Positions 54,060 to 62,792 of a stretch of DNA of 64,000 bases are shown here, in pieces. Every line of letters begins with the position of its first letter. Positions within the stretch are counted from its first letter, which is position 1. This stretch comes from a virus. The DNA lies in IMG/VR virus record IMGVR_UViG_3300028920_000003. One strand, 5' to 3'. Both the position numbers and the translations under genes were made by a program. The notes under the pieces were generated by a model. The model made no database searches. It had not been told where the DNA came from and worked only from the letters and a program-made list of their open reading frames with translations.

Positions 54060-54831
54060 TACTCGATATATTTCTGAATGGTACAGTGGTAAACCTTCTG
54101 GTAATGTAAAATTTCCTCTGAAGTTTGTACCTCATGATAGCTACTATCCTCTTATAGGTATACCTGTATTATATCTAGGTGAACACAATCCTTATTTTCA
54201 TAACATACACATCAAACGAGTTGATTGTCGTGTAAATAAACTAAGGATAGATTCATCTGGAAATTCGTTTATCTATAGAAAAGGAAGATCATGGTCAGGT
54301 CCTAAGTTGCAGATATATTCAGGTTATTACAGTGTGATAGGCTCTGCTAATAACTTTGAATATATGCCTTCTGATCTTTTCGGTAAAAAGAGAACATACC
54401 GTATGAAAGGAGAAGTAGACATATTTTGTTTAGGAGTAGTCAAACTATCGAAGCTACCTAATTTCAAGGTTAATTCAAGAAAAAGTTATTACAGATATTC
54501 TAGCACACAAGTTATGGACTTGACATTAAACCTGAAAGATGTAACGATTCTTGTTAATGAAGAAAAATTACGAAAAACTCTATTTACAAAAACAGTTTAT
54601 ACACCTACGGTTAGAAGAACTATATTGGATCAGATAAAGAGAGAGAAATCCTTACAAGTGAAAGATGTCTCAGACGAATATCTAAGATCGTTTATGCAAA
54701 GTCCTAATACTGTCAGGACTAACTCGTTTGTCGAAGCTATGACAATTGATCAAAAAATAAAAGACAGTGTATTTTCTAACCTAAACAGTGAATTTGCGAA
54801 TGTTCGACAAAATGAAAACGTTGACGGATAA
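54037..54831 (+). CDS. hypothetical protein downstream of the E1-like gene
   Basis: 264 aa. The alternative ATG at 54052 overlaps the E1 stop. Contains YYP..IP......HNP...........C (residues 36-64). No confident motif. Confidence 0.5.
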   Translation: MKLRLMDDTRYISEWYSGKPSGNVKFPLKFVPHDSYYPLIGIPVLYLGEHNPYFHNIHIKRVDCRVNKLRIDSSGNSFIYRKGRSWSGPKLQIYSGYYSVIGSANNFEYMPSDLFGKKRTYRMKGEVDIFCLGVVKLSKLPNFKVNSRKSYYRYSSTQVMDLTLNLKDVTILVNEEKLRKTLFTKTVYTPTVRRTILDQIKREKSLQVKDVSDEYLRSFMQSPNTVRTNSFVEAMTIDQKIKDSVFSNLNSEFANVRQNENVDG

Positions 54832-55900
54832 GGAGTATCGCTCCTTAGAACTCGTAAGTTATTCATCATTGTCTAAACTAGCAGTCTCACCACAGGCTTA
54901 CAAAGCAGACCAAGAATCAGAACGGAAGGAATCTCCCGAAATGGTTCTTGGTACTGTGGTGGACATGCTTCTTACTGACAAGAAAAGATTTGATGAAGAA
55001 GTTTACGTGATGACCGCTTCCAAACCCGGAAGCGAAATGATGTTAAGATACTGCGAAGTACTGGCTGACACCGGAGATAGCTCAATAGCCTATCTAAATT
55101 CCGGATTTAAGCTCAAGGCAGATGCAGTTGCGAATAAGTTTGATAAAGAAGGAAGAGATTACTACGACGCATTGATTGCAGCAAAAGGCAAAACTATTAT
55201 TAGCGCAGAAGGGATGTTCACAGCTAATCAACTTGTAGCACAACTTACTTCAAACCCATTTACAAAAGGATATTTCATAAATGATTCAGAAGACATTGAG
55301 CTTCTCTTTCAGGCTTCAATGGTGTGGGATGTCCAATTTGTTCCTATTGAGAGTGGTCAGGGAAATGTCAAATTGATGAGAGTCAAGAGCATGATTGACA
55401 TAGTTCACGTTGATCACAAGAAAGGAATAATTACTCCTATTGACCTGAAAACAGGAGGAGAAGGATTCATGAAATCCTATTGGAGATATAAGCGTTATCT
55501 TCAAGCTTCAATGTATACTGATGCATTGGTACATGTGGGATGGGATAATGATAGAATGAATCATTATGCTGTTGCTCCATTGAAATTTATCTATGCAGAC
55601 ACCAATCTTATCTATGCTCCTATGATTTATACATCTACACCTGTAGATATTGAAATCGGAAGGAACGGGCTAAATTATTTAGCTCCTGTCGCAGGATTGG
55701 CAAAGAGTTTCAACGATGGAGAAATCGCTCAGATTGACACAATTGGATTTGGACCAAGTGATTTAAGAAAAACTAAAGGATATTTACAATTGATTGCAGA
55801 ATTGGATTGGCATCAAAGAAATGATATGTGGGATTACACTTACGAAGATTATCTAAACGGAGGCGAGAAGCAGATTGATGCTTTCAGTGTAAAACTCTAA
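54812..55900 (+). CDS. PD-(D/E)XK nuclease (RecB/Cas4-like exonuclease)
   Basis: MIDIVHVD....PIDLKTG (D...D-x-K) followed by YLQASMY (the QxxxY of RecB-family nucleases). Start uncertain: GTG 54788, ATG 54800 or ATG 54812. Confidence 0.6.
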   Translation: MKTLTDKEYRSLELVSYSSLSKLAVSPQAYKADQESERKESPEMVLGTVVDMLLTDKKRFDEEVYVMTASKPGSEMMLRYCEVLADTGDSSIAYLNSGFKLKADAVANKFDKEGRDYYDALIAAKGKTIISAEGMFTANQLVAQLTSNPFTKGYFINDSEDIELLFQASMVWDVQFVPIESGQGNVKLMRVKSMIDIVHVDHKKGIITPIDLKTGGEGFMKSYWRYKRYLQASMYTDALVHVGWDNDRMNHYAVAPLKFIYADTNLIYAPMIYTSTPVDIEIGRNGLNYLAPVAGLAKSFNDGEIAQIDTIGFGPSDLRKTKGYLQLIAELDWHQRNDMWDYTYEDYLNGGEKQIDAFSVKL

Positions 55901-55913
55901 AACCTTTTTCGCA

Positions 55914-56678
55914 ATGTTAAAAGGAAATGAAATCAAGCTCAGTAATGGAAAGACCGTTAAAATTACAGTACTTAACGCTGTACAACTGCACCTTGATACT
56001 TCTAACATTGCGTTCCTCAATCCCAAGAAGGACGATAGTGATCATATCGTATCCATTACACTCGAAGACAAACTAACCATTGATAAAGGAGAGAAATTCC
56101 TTCTCAGGGTTGGTACAGTCAGGACTGTATATGAGGTAGAATACATGATTATTGAGAAGAAAGGTAAGTCTGTTATCATATATACTTCTCTTCCGACTAA
56201 AGCGTGTAAGTTCCTGCTACCTGCTTTAGGAAAAACGAAAGAGCAGTTGAAATTAGACACTTATTTTGTTAATGCTTATCTCGATCCAACCTATGAATAT
56301 TTGTGCTTAATGTACAGATTTACAGGTAGTCAAACATATAAGGAGTTCGAGAGATATATGATAACCGACCCTCTTTGTGTTTCTCATCTTGAGCATGGAA
56401 AATACCATGTAGTATATATCTTCAAAATTCCTTTGAATTTTAAAGAAGATGTAGTATCTTTAATAGAGGGGAAATACTCCAAGTTCTCTAAGGCGTTAAA
56501 AGGGCGCATAAGGAAGTTTTATGGTAGACAGGATAGTGAACCTTTCATAGATGTTATCGAAAGAAACGAAGATTTAAGAAAGAGTATTGAAAGATATATC
56601 GGAATGAGCCTACCTGAAGACAGTGAACTTGCATCGAAACCAGACGAAAAAAACGAAATATATATGCCTTATGAGTGA
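55914..56678 (+). CDS. hypothetical protein
   Basis: 254-aa ORF. No motif recognised. Confidence 0.5.
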   Translation: MLKGNEIKLSNGKTVKITVLNAVQLHLDTSNIAFLNPKKDDSDHIVSITLEDKLTIDKGEKFLLRVGTVRTVYEVEYMIIEKKGKSVIIYTSLPTKACKFLLPALGKTKEQLKLDTYFVNAYLDPTYEYLCLMYRFTGSQTYKEFERYMITDPLCVSHLEHGKYHVVYIFKIPLNFKEDVVSLIEGKYSKFSKALKGRIRKFYGRQDSEPFIDVIERNEDLRKSIERYIGMSLPEDSELASKPDEKNEIYMPYE

Positions 56679-57045
56679 GGATTTAAAAAAAGACCTCGAA
56701 GAATTTGAAGGGCAGATCAGTCAAGAAATATACATGAAGCTTCTCGGAGACGCTTACGAAACTATAGCGAATCTTCGGGAAGCTCTTGCTACAACCAAAA
56801 ATCAGGAAATCATTCTTCGTGATAAGATTGCAGCCCGTGTATATCCTACACTCCTTTTGCAATCGACATCAAGTGAACAGGCTGCTGAAGATGCCTATCG
56901 TGCAGCAGATAAGATGTTGAGAGTAAGAGAGACAGGTGTGGCGTTCTCTTCTGATCTTATAAAGCTCCTCAAAGAGCTTCGTGACAGTTCAAAAGATGAT
57001 ACTGTTTTTGGTCGAAGTGTTAGAACTTTCTTAAACGACAAGTAA
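56671..57045 (+). CDS. hypothetical helical protein
   Basis: Start moved to ATG 56671 (MSEDLKKDLEEF...), giving an 8-nt overlap with the upstream stop. Confidence 0.45.
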   Translation: MSEDLKKDLEEFEGQISQEIYMKLLGDAYETIANLREALATTKNQEIILRDKIAARVYPTLLLQSTSSEQAAEDAYRAADKMLRVRETGVAFSSDLIKLLKELRDSSKDDTVFGRSVRTFLNDK

Positions 57046-57046
57046 T

Positions 57047-57850
57047 ATGCAAAATGAACAAGTTTATTGGGAAGCAAACAAGAGAATCGCTCTTGCTGCT
57101 CCTTTACCTGTAAGGACTTCCACATATAGTCCTGTTTCTCATGCTGAGATAATCGAAGCAATCAGAACTAATGCTCAAACCAACAACCTGAAAATTGTAC
57201 GTGACAGAATGTACACAAACAGGTTTGGTACGAGAGTTACCGGATTCTTTGATGTCGAAGATGCAACAGACTTTGGAAATGTCCACGGTCTGAAAATGAT
57301 GTTTGGCTACCGTAACAGCTACGACAAATCAATGAGCGTAGCCTTTGTAGCAGGAGCATCTGTGTTTATCTGCGGAAATGGAATGATCAGTGGTGATCTG
57401 ATGGCTTTCAAACGCAAACACACCGGAACCGTTGCAGAAGAATTGAATGAAAAAATTCAGGTCGGAGTAGACCGAATGAGAGATGATTTTGCAAAGCTCA
57501 ATTTGGAGGTGGATGTAATGAAGAACTATTCTCTTACACCACGCCAGAAAGCTGAAATTCTGGGAGTTATGTATTTCGAGAAGAACATGGTTACTCCCAC
57601 TCAGTTGAGTATTGTGAAAAACGAACTCACAAACAGCGAACATTTCAGGGAAGACAATGCTTGGTCCCTGTATAATAATGTAACGGAAGCTCTGAAAAAG
57701 AGTCATCCGATTGACATTATCAGAGATCATATCAAACTGCATGGATTCATGCAGGAGCTGGTAGGAATTGCTCCGGAAGAGGTGGGAGAAACTGTTGAAG
57801 CTGCACCCGAAGCAGAGACATCTGATGCACCACCCGAAACTGAAGGATAA
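57047..57850 (+). CDS. DUF932-like (phage/plasmid-like) protein
   Basis: 267 aa. GYRNSYDKSMSVAFVAGASVFICGNGMI resembles the NSHDGS....G...VC.NG core I recall for the DUF932 family. Assignment is from memory of the family. Confidence 0.45.
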   Translation: MQNEQVYWEANKRIALAAPLPVRTSTYSPVSHAEIIEAIRTNAQTNNLKIVRDRMYTNRFGTRVTGFFDVEDATDFGNVHGLKMMFGYRNSYDKSMSVAFVAGASVFICGNGMISGDLMAFKRKHTGTVAEELNEKIQVGVDRMRDDFAKLNLEVDVMKNYSLTPRQKAEILGVMYFEKNMVTPTQLSIVKNELTNSEHFREDNAWSLYNNVTEALKKSHPIDIIRDHIKLHGFMQELVGIAPEEVGETVEAAPEAETSDAPPETEG

Positions 57851-58526
57851 GTTCCTAGACTTATTGGGAGTGGAGTGGTTTAATGTCATTGAACCATATT
57901 TAGATACAAAAGATTTTGGAATAATCACTGTTGAGTTATTTAAAGAAAGAAGATTATATACCGTATATCCAGAACAAGGCTCTGATTTACTTTTCAAAGC
58001 ATTCAGAACCACTCCTCTTTCAAAAGTCAAAGTTGTGATACTTGGTCAAGACCCGTATCATGACGGTTCTTTTGATGGTTTTGCTTTTTCAAATAAAGGT
58101 AAAACCGGAAAACTTTCTCCTTCCTTGGTAAATATCCTCAAAGAGATCGAATCAGACGTATATGAAGGACTTATGCTTGATCATGACCCTGACCTAGAAA
58201 GGTGGGCGAAACAAGGCGTATTACTTATAAATACGGCTCACACGGTCCGTAAAGGAGAAGCTGGTTCACACCTGCATCTATGGGACATGTTTACAGCAAG
58301 AGTTATCCACGTACTTGTGAACAGACATCAACCTATAGTGTGGATGTTATGGGGATCGAAAGCAAAAAAACATCTTGAAGGTAGAACTTTATCAAAAGAT
58401 CACCTCAAGTTGACTTGTCCACATCCTTCCCCTTTCTCAGCTTATTCCGGATTCTTTGGGTGTAAGCATTTTAGTCAGGCAAATACATTTTTACTAGAAC
58501 ATAACATTGAACCGATTAAATGGTAA
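57825..58526 (+). CDS. ung: uracil-DNA glycosylase, family 1
   Basis: VVILGQDPYH (water-activating loop), GFAFS, LLINTAHTV and CPHPSPFSAY (HPSP leucine-loop motif). Start moved to the in-frame ATG at 57825. Confidence 0.85.
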   Translation: MHHPKLKDKFLDLLGVEWFNVIEPYLDTKDFGIITVELFKERRLYTVYPEQGSDLLFKAFRTTPLSKVKVVILGQDPYHDGSFDGFAFSNKGKTGKLSPSLVNILKEIESDVYEGLMLDHDPDLERWAKQGVLLINTAHTVRKGEAGSHLHLWDMFTARVIHVLVNRHQPIVWMLWGSKAKKHLEGRTLSKDHLKLTCPHPSPFSAYSGFFGCKHFSQANTFLLEHNIEPIKW

Positions 58527-58547
58527 TTATATGAGTACAAAGAAGAA

Positions 58548-58727
58548 ATGACCAAGAAGACACGAATTTGTGATAACTGTATGGAGAAAGACTCTAGTGA
58601 TAACCCTGTTTCTCCTTACAGGTGGATGCGAGTCATGGATAAGTATAATTATAAGCACAAAATGCTTATCAAGATTGATCTCTGTGATGATTGTGCATCT
58701 AAAGTAATTTTAACCTTTAAAAAATAA
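58548..58727 (+). CDS. small zinc-ribbon protein (59 aa)
   Basis: Hand-translated: MTKKTRICDNCMEKDSS...KIDLCDDCASKVILTFKK (CxxC...CxxC). One residue below the ORF-track cut-off. Confidence 0.35.
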   Translation: MTKKTRICDNCMEKDSSDNPVSPYRWMRVMDKYNYKHKMLIKIDLCDDCASKVILTFKK

Positions 58728-58732
58728 TTCAA

Positions 58733-59104
58733 ATGTTTGAAAGCCAAGTTGAAGAATATATTGGTAAGGCTCTGGTAGCAGAAGCCAACGGTGACGGTGC
58801 ATTCCTGAGTGAAAGCGAAATTGCCTTTCGTGTTACAGGAATGATGTACGCTGACAAGATCAAGTCAGATGGTCCTGTTTCCCTTCGTTCTGTCAAAGGA
58901 AAGATGGGAAAAGTCCGTACCATGTGTGATGAGAAGTCTTTGCTTCTGATCATGAAGACAGAGGATGATACCCTCAAGTGGAAAATTGCTACCGGAGATG
59001 ATCTGGACTATATTGCTGAGACCTATCTCGGTATTAAAGTCGAGAAGGATGTTACTCCGGAATCTGAATCGGTTGCTGATAAGGCTCCCGACTCAGGAGA
59101 ATAA
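58733..59104 (+). CDS. hypothetical protein
   Basis: 123-aa ORF followed by a terminator. Confidence 0.5.
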   Translation: MFESQVEEYIGKALVAEANGDGAFLSESEIAFRVTGMMYADKIKSDGPVSLRSVKGKMGKVRTMCDEKSLLLIMKTEDDTLKWKIATGDDLDYIAETYLGIKVEKDVTPESESVADKAPDSGE

Positions 59105-59126
59105 TACTACTTTCGCTTAGTAGGTG

Positions 59127-59166
59127 CTGAGTGGGAAAGCAGTATTGTTAGTACCACTCAGTTTTA
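59127..59166 (+). terminator. rho-independent terminator
   Basis: CTGAGTGG-19 nt-CCACTCAG followed by TTTT. It lies inside the N-terminal extension of the ORF-track call 59124-59570. Confidence 0.7.
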
Positions 59167-59201
59167 AGAACCTAACGTTAAACTCTTATAAACCATTAAA
59201 A

Positions 59202-59570
59202 ATGAAAGAGATAAGAAAATATCAAGTCCTTTTTGATGGTGGAGAGATTGCCGAACTTGTAGGATTTTATTCAGGAGCAAATAAAGCCACCGGAATTCCT
59301 ATTTTTAAGATAAGAGATAAGTTCTACCTCGGTCAAAATCCCTCTACCGGATCAATGTTCGGGTCGTTCGCACGTAGAGGATATCCCCTTTATTGGGAAC
59401 TCTCAGAATATCCTGATAGAACTGTAGGTCTGAAGTATACAGGAAAAATTGTATTTATGTTCAGACTAATCTCTACCGTATCAGCAAAGAATTACATAAT
59501 TTCGGTGATGAAGAAAGAAAGACAGCATTTAAAAGCTGTAAACAAAAGACCTGTAATGGTCGAAGTCTAA
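59202..59570 (+). CDS. hypothetical protein
   Basis: Start moved to ATG 59202 (MKEIRKYQV...), downstream of the terminator. Confidence 0.45.
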   Translation: MKEIRKYQVLFDGGEIAELVGFYSGANKATGIPIFKIRDKFYLGQNPSTGSMFGSFARRGYPLYWELSEYPDRTVGLKYTGKIVFMFRLISTVSAKNYIISVMKKERQHLKAVNKRPVMVEV

Positions 59571-59587
59571 TAATTAAAACCAAAAAA

Positions 59588-59950
59588 ATGGCGGAAGAAG
59601 TAGAACAAGGTGCTGTCGAAGTACAAGGCGGTGCATTCAAAGATTCCTTGTATCGCAATAATGCGAAGATCAGGAAGGACCGTGCAGACTCTATCATTGA
59701 GGACGCACAGTTAATTTACAAGCGTGAAATCGAAGACCTTGAGGTCGAGATGAAGCGTATGTTGAGGGAACAGGACAATATGCTGGATTTGTCTCCAACA
59801 AATGCTATGAACCTGACTCTTGCGAGTGATTTTGACTCAAAAGAGTATGTAGCAAAAGACCTTGAACTTGGTGTGAAACTTCGCAATCTTGAGATCAAAC
59901 TTGAAATTGCAAGAAAGAGGTATACTTACCTGTTTGGAGGAACTGCGTAA
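59588..59950 (+). CDS. coiled-coil hypothetical protein
   Basis: 120 aa, charged and helical. Its stop overlaps the start of the vWA gene by 1 nt. Confidence 0.45.
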   Translation: MAEEVEQGAVEVQGGAFKDSLYRNNAKIRKDRADSIIEDAQLIYKREIEDLEVEMKRMLREQDNMLDLSPTNAMNLTLASDFDSKEYVAKDLELGVKLRNLEIKLEIARKRYTYLFGGTA

Positions 59951-60807
59951 TGGGTAGAGGTTCATATTCGTACAGCACTCGAATGGAGAGAGCTGCGGTA
60001 ACAGGGATGATGACTAATTCTCTGACAGAAAACTTCAAGAGTAAAGCAGTTACTCGTGAGATGACTACCGTAGGATTGGAATATAGAGAGTCCAGAGATT
60101 CAGAAGAACATCCTAAATCTGTTGCAATCATCGTAGCATTGGATGTTACAGGATCAATGGGATCAGTTCCAGATCATATGATCAAAGAAGGTCTTCCTAC
60201 TATGATGGACACCATTATTAAGTCTGGTGAACCCGATCCACAGGTTCTATTTGTGGGAATCGGTGATCATGTATATGATCGTTCTCCCTTGCAGGTTGGA
60301 CAATTCGAGAGTTCAGATGAACTTTTGGACAAGTGGCTACAAGATACCTACCTTGAAGGTGGTGGAGGCGGTAACGATGGTGAGAGCTATATGTTAGCTT
60401 GGTACTTCGCTGCCCGTCATACTCAAATTGATTGTTTTGAAAAGCGTGAACAGAAGGGATTTCTCTTTACAATAGGTGATGAGAAGAATCTTCCTGAAGT
60501 TCCCGGTCCTGTTCTCAAAGGTATTATGGGAAAAGGTCAATATGATGATACAGTGAAATCTTCTGATCTTCTGGAAGAAGCAAGGAAGATGTACCATGTA
60601 TATCATATTCATATCTCTGAAACCCATTCTGGAAAACGACAGGATGTTGTAAGTCACTGGAAAGAACTCTTAGGAGACAATTTGATTGTTGTTCAGAGTT
60701 CTGATCATGTGAGTGGGATTATTGCTTCAATTGTCTCAGGTAAGGACACCTCTGATAGTAAAGAAGATGATCCCGAAACAGATGTTCCAAACGAAGAAAT
60801 GCTTTAA
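59950..60807 (+). CDS. von Willebrand factor A (vWA) domain protein
   Basis: 285 aa. AIIVALDVTGSMGS carries a MIDAS-type D-x-(S/T)-x-S motif after a beta-strand. GIGD and TIGDE acidic strands come later. Confidence 0.6.
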   Translation: MGRGSYSYSTRMERAAVTGMMTNSLTENFKSKAVTREMTTVGLEYRESRDSEEHPKSVAIIVALDVTGSMGSVPDHMIKEGLPTMMDTIIKSGEPDPQVLFVGIGDHVYDRSPLQVGQFESSDELLDKWLQDTYLEGGGGGNDGESYMLAWYFAARHTQIDCFEKREQKGFLFTIGDEKNLPEVPGPVLKGIMGKGQYDDTVKSSDLLEEARKMYHVYHIHISETHSGKRQDVVSHWKELLGDNLIVVQSSDHVSGIIASIVSGKDTSDSKEDDPETDVPNEEML

Positions 60808-60809
60808 TT

Positions 60810-61016
60810 ATGGGAAATCCAAGCTATTCAGAACAGCAAGAGCTGATCAAGAAAGACTCGAAACGCTTTATGGAAGAATTTACCGCATGGTATAATACCA
60901 TAGAGTACGAGAACGATGACATTGAAGCAGCTACTCTCAGAGAAATTATGGCTGACTGTACTTATCGTCTTCAACTTGTTTTGGAGATGATTGAAGAAAG
61001 AAAAGGTTCTGTATGA
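60810..61016 (+). CDS. small hypothetical protein
   Basis: 68-aa ORF. Its stop overlaps the next ATG by 4 nt. Confidence 0.45.
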   Translation: MGNPSYSEQQELIKKDSKRFMEEFTAWYNTIEYENDDIEAATLREIMADCTYRLQLVLEMIEERKGSV

Positions 61017-62185
61017 GAGCAGCCGTTATCGGACTCGGTTTCGGAGATGAGGGGAAAGGTATGGTAGTATCATACCTTTCTTCTATTCTTAAAAAACCAC
61101 TTGTCGTAAGATACTCAGGAGGACATCAAGCTGGTCATGCAGTAGTTGATGAGAGAAATCGTAAACACTCCTTTGTTAATTTCGGTAGTGGAACTTTACA
61201 AGGATGTCCTACTTACTGGTCTAAGCATTGCACTTTTGAACCTGTTGGATTTCTAAATGAATTAGCTGATCTAGTAGATTTAATGAAAGAAGACTTTGAT
61301 GGTATCAAAGTTTACTTGCATGAAGATTGTCCAGTAACTACCCCCTATGACATAAACTTTAATCAGAAAGCAGAAGTTGAGAAGATGCATGGAACCTGCG
61401 GAGTTGGATTTGGTGAAACTCTTGAAAGAGAGAGTAACCATTTTCATCTAAGAGTTTCAGACCTCTTTAATCCTTCTGTTCTGGTGATCAAGCTTGAGCA
61501 GGTAGCTAAGTATTATGGTCTGTTCTACAAATCTCCTGTAGATACAACAGACTTTTTAGAAGCTGTCAGTGTGTTGAACTCGGAATCTAAGTTTCCTAAC
61601 GAAGTTATTACAGTTGTTGGGGATACTGACGTTCCATCTTATCCGAATACTATATATGAAGGCTCACAAGGTCTACTCCTCGATCAGGATATTGGATTCT
61701 TTCCACACGTTACACGTTCAAATGTGGGACGGAAGCGATTGGATAACTTTATATACCACTACGATGAAGTGTGGTATGTTACAAGAGCGTACCAAACCCG
61801 TCATGGAGCAGGACCAATGACCAATGAGGATGAACCCTTTACACTTATAAATCTTGAGACTGAAACAAACGAAGAAAATAAGTGGCAGGGACCATTTCGT
61901 AGAAGTATTCTGGACCTTGATCTATTGAAGTATGCTATAAAACATGACAGGAAGAATATCAAAAGAGTTCAGGAAGAACGTCTGGTAATAACCTGTCTGG
62001 ATCAAATGGTACAGTGGATATACAAAGAGGACGGTGATCTACATACCTGTGAGAATGAAACAGATTTTGTGGCAAATGTTGCAAAGTCTCTTGGGTTCTC
62101 AGAAAATATCTATCTTAGCCGTTCTCCAAAAAACGAACTTGAAAAATGGAAAGGAGGAAATTATGATGATAAAGAGAAAGTTTGA
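61013..62185 (+). CDS. adenylosuccinate synthetase family protein (PurA/PurZ-like, divergent)
   Basis: 390 aa. GLGFGDEGKGMVV (PurA P-loop GDEGKG), RYSGGHQAGHAV (GGHNAGHT), YEGSQGLLLDQDIGFFPHVTRSN (EGAQG.LLDIDHGTYP.VTSS) and RAYQTRHGAGP (KAY.TRVG.GP). The Asp-binding GATTGRRRR loop is replaced by NKWQGPFRR. Confidence 0.75.
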   Translation: MRAAVIGLGFGDEGKGMVVSYLSSILKKPLVVRYSGGHQAGHAVVDERNRKHSFVNFGSGTLQGCPTYWSKHCTFEPVGFLNELADLVDLMKEDFDGIKVYLHEDCPVTTPYDINFNQKAEVEKMHGTCGVGFGETLERESNHFHLRVSDLFNPSVLVIKLEQVAKYYGLFYKSPVDTTDFLEAVSVLNSESKFPNEVITVVGDTDVPSYPNTIYEGSQGLLLDQDIGFFPHVTRSNVGRKRLDNFIYHYDEVWYVTRAYQTRHGAGPMTNEDEPFTLINLETETNEENKWQGPFRRSILDLDLLKYAIKHDRKNIKRVQEERLVITCLDQMVQWIYKEDGDLHTCENETDFVANVAKSLGFSENIYLSRSPKNELEKWKGGNYDDKEKV

Positions 62186-62744
62186 ACATTTTGATGTACT
62201 GTCAATCGGTACACAATTAGAAATTGTAGGTGTGGTCTATGGATCAGAAGAAGAAAATATCATCATAGTTCTTCCTGATGAGTCCATACTCGAACATATG
62301 CAAGTTTTGTTCCCTACTCTCGATGAGTGGCAACAGATTGTTCGTCAATCTGACCTCAAAGAGACTGAAGGAATGGTTAAAGGCAAAAAGGTTATCCTGC
62401 GAAAGTCTACCCGACAGATCGAACAAAAAACGATGTGGGAGGTGTTTCGCAGAGACGATTTCACCTGTAGATACTGTAATGCGGATAATGTTCCAATGAC
62501 TGTAGACCATGTGGTTCTATGGGAGGAAATGGGTCCAAGTATTCCTGTCAACCTCATTACGAGTTGTAAAAAATGTAACAACGCAAGAGGTAACATGCAA
62601 TACGAAGAGTGGCTCAAGAGTCCGTATTACTTGTCAAAGGTTCCCTTACTCCCGGTAAATGTTCTTGCAGCAAATGCCAGAGCTGCAACAGAGATACCAA
62701 GGACGAAAGAGTTCCTTTTGCGCACCGTGAAGCGCAGCCGATAA
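62163..62744 (+). CDS. HNH endonuclease
   Basis: Start moved to ATG 62163 (MMIKRKFEHF...). CRYCNADNVPMTVDHVVLW......NLITSCKKCNNARGN is a His-Me finger with Cys pairs. Confidence 0.7.
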   Translation: MMIKRKFEHFDVLSIGTQLEIVGVVYGSEEENIIIVLPDESILEHMQVLFPTLDEWQQIVRQSDLKETEGMVKGKKVILRKSTRQIEQKTMWEVFRRDDFTCRYCNADNVPMTVDHVVLWEEMGPSIPVNLITSCKKCNNARGNMQYEEWLKSPYYLSKVPLLPVNVLAANARAATEIPRTKEFLLRTVKRSR

Positions 62745-62792
62745 TTCACATCCTCTAATTAACTTAGTAGCAATCTTTTAAAACCATTTCTC

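Noticed and set aside
61013-62185. Calling the PurA homologue outright as PurZ (2-aminoadenine genome)
   Set aside because: I cannot recall PurZ-specific residues reliably, no DatZ or MazZ-type genes are visible in the window, and the polymerase is family B. It is reported only as a hypothesis to test.
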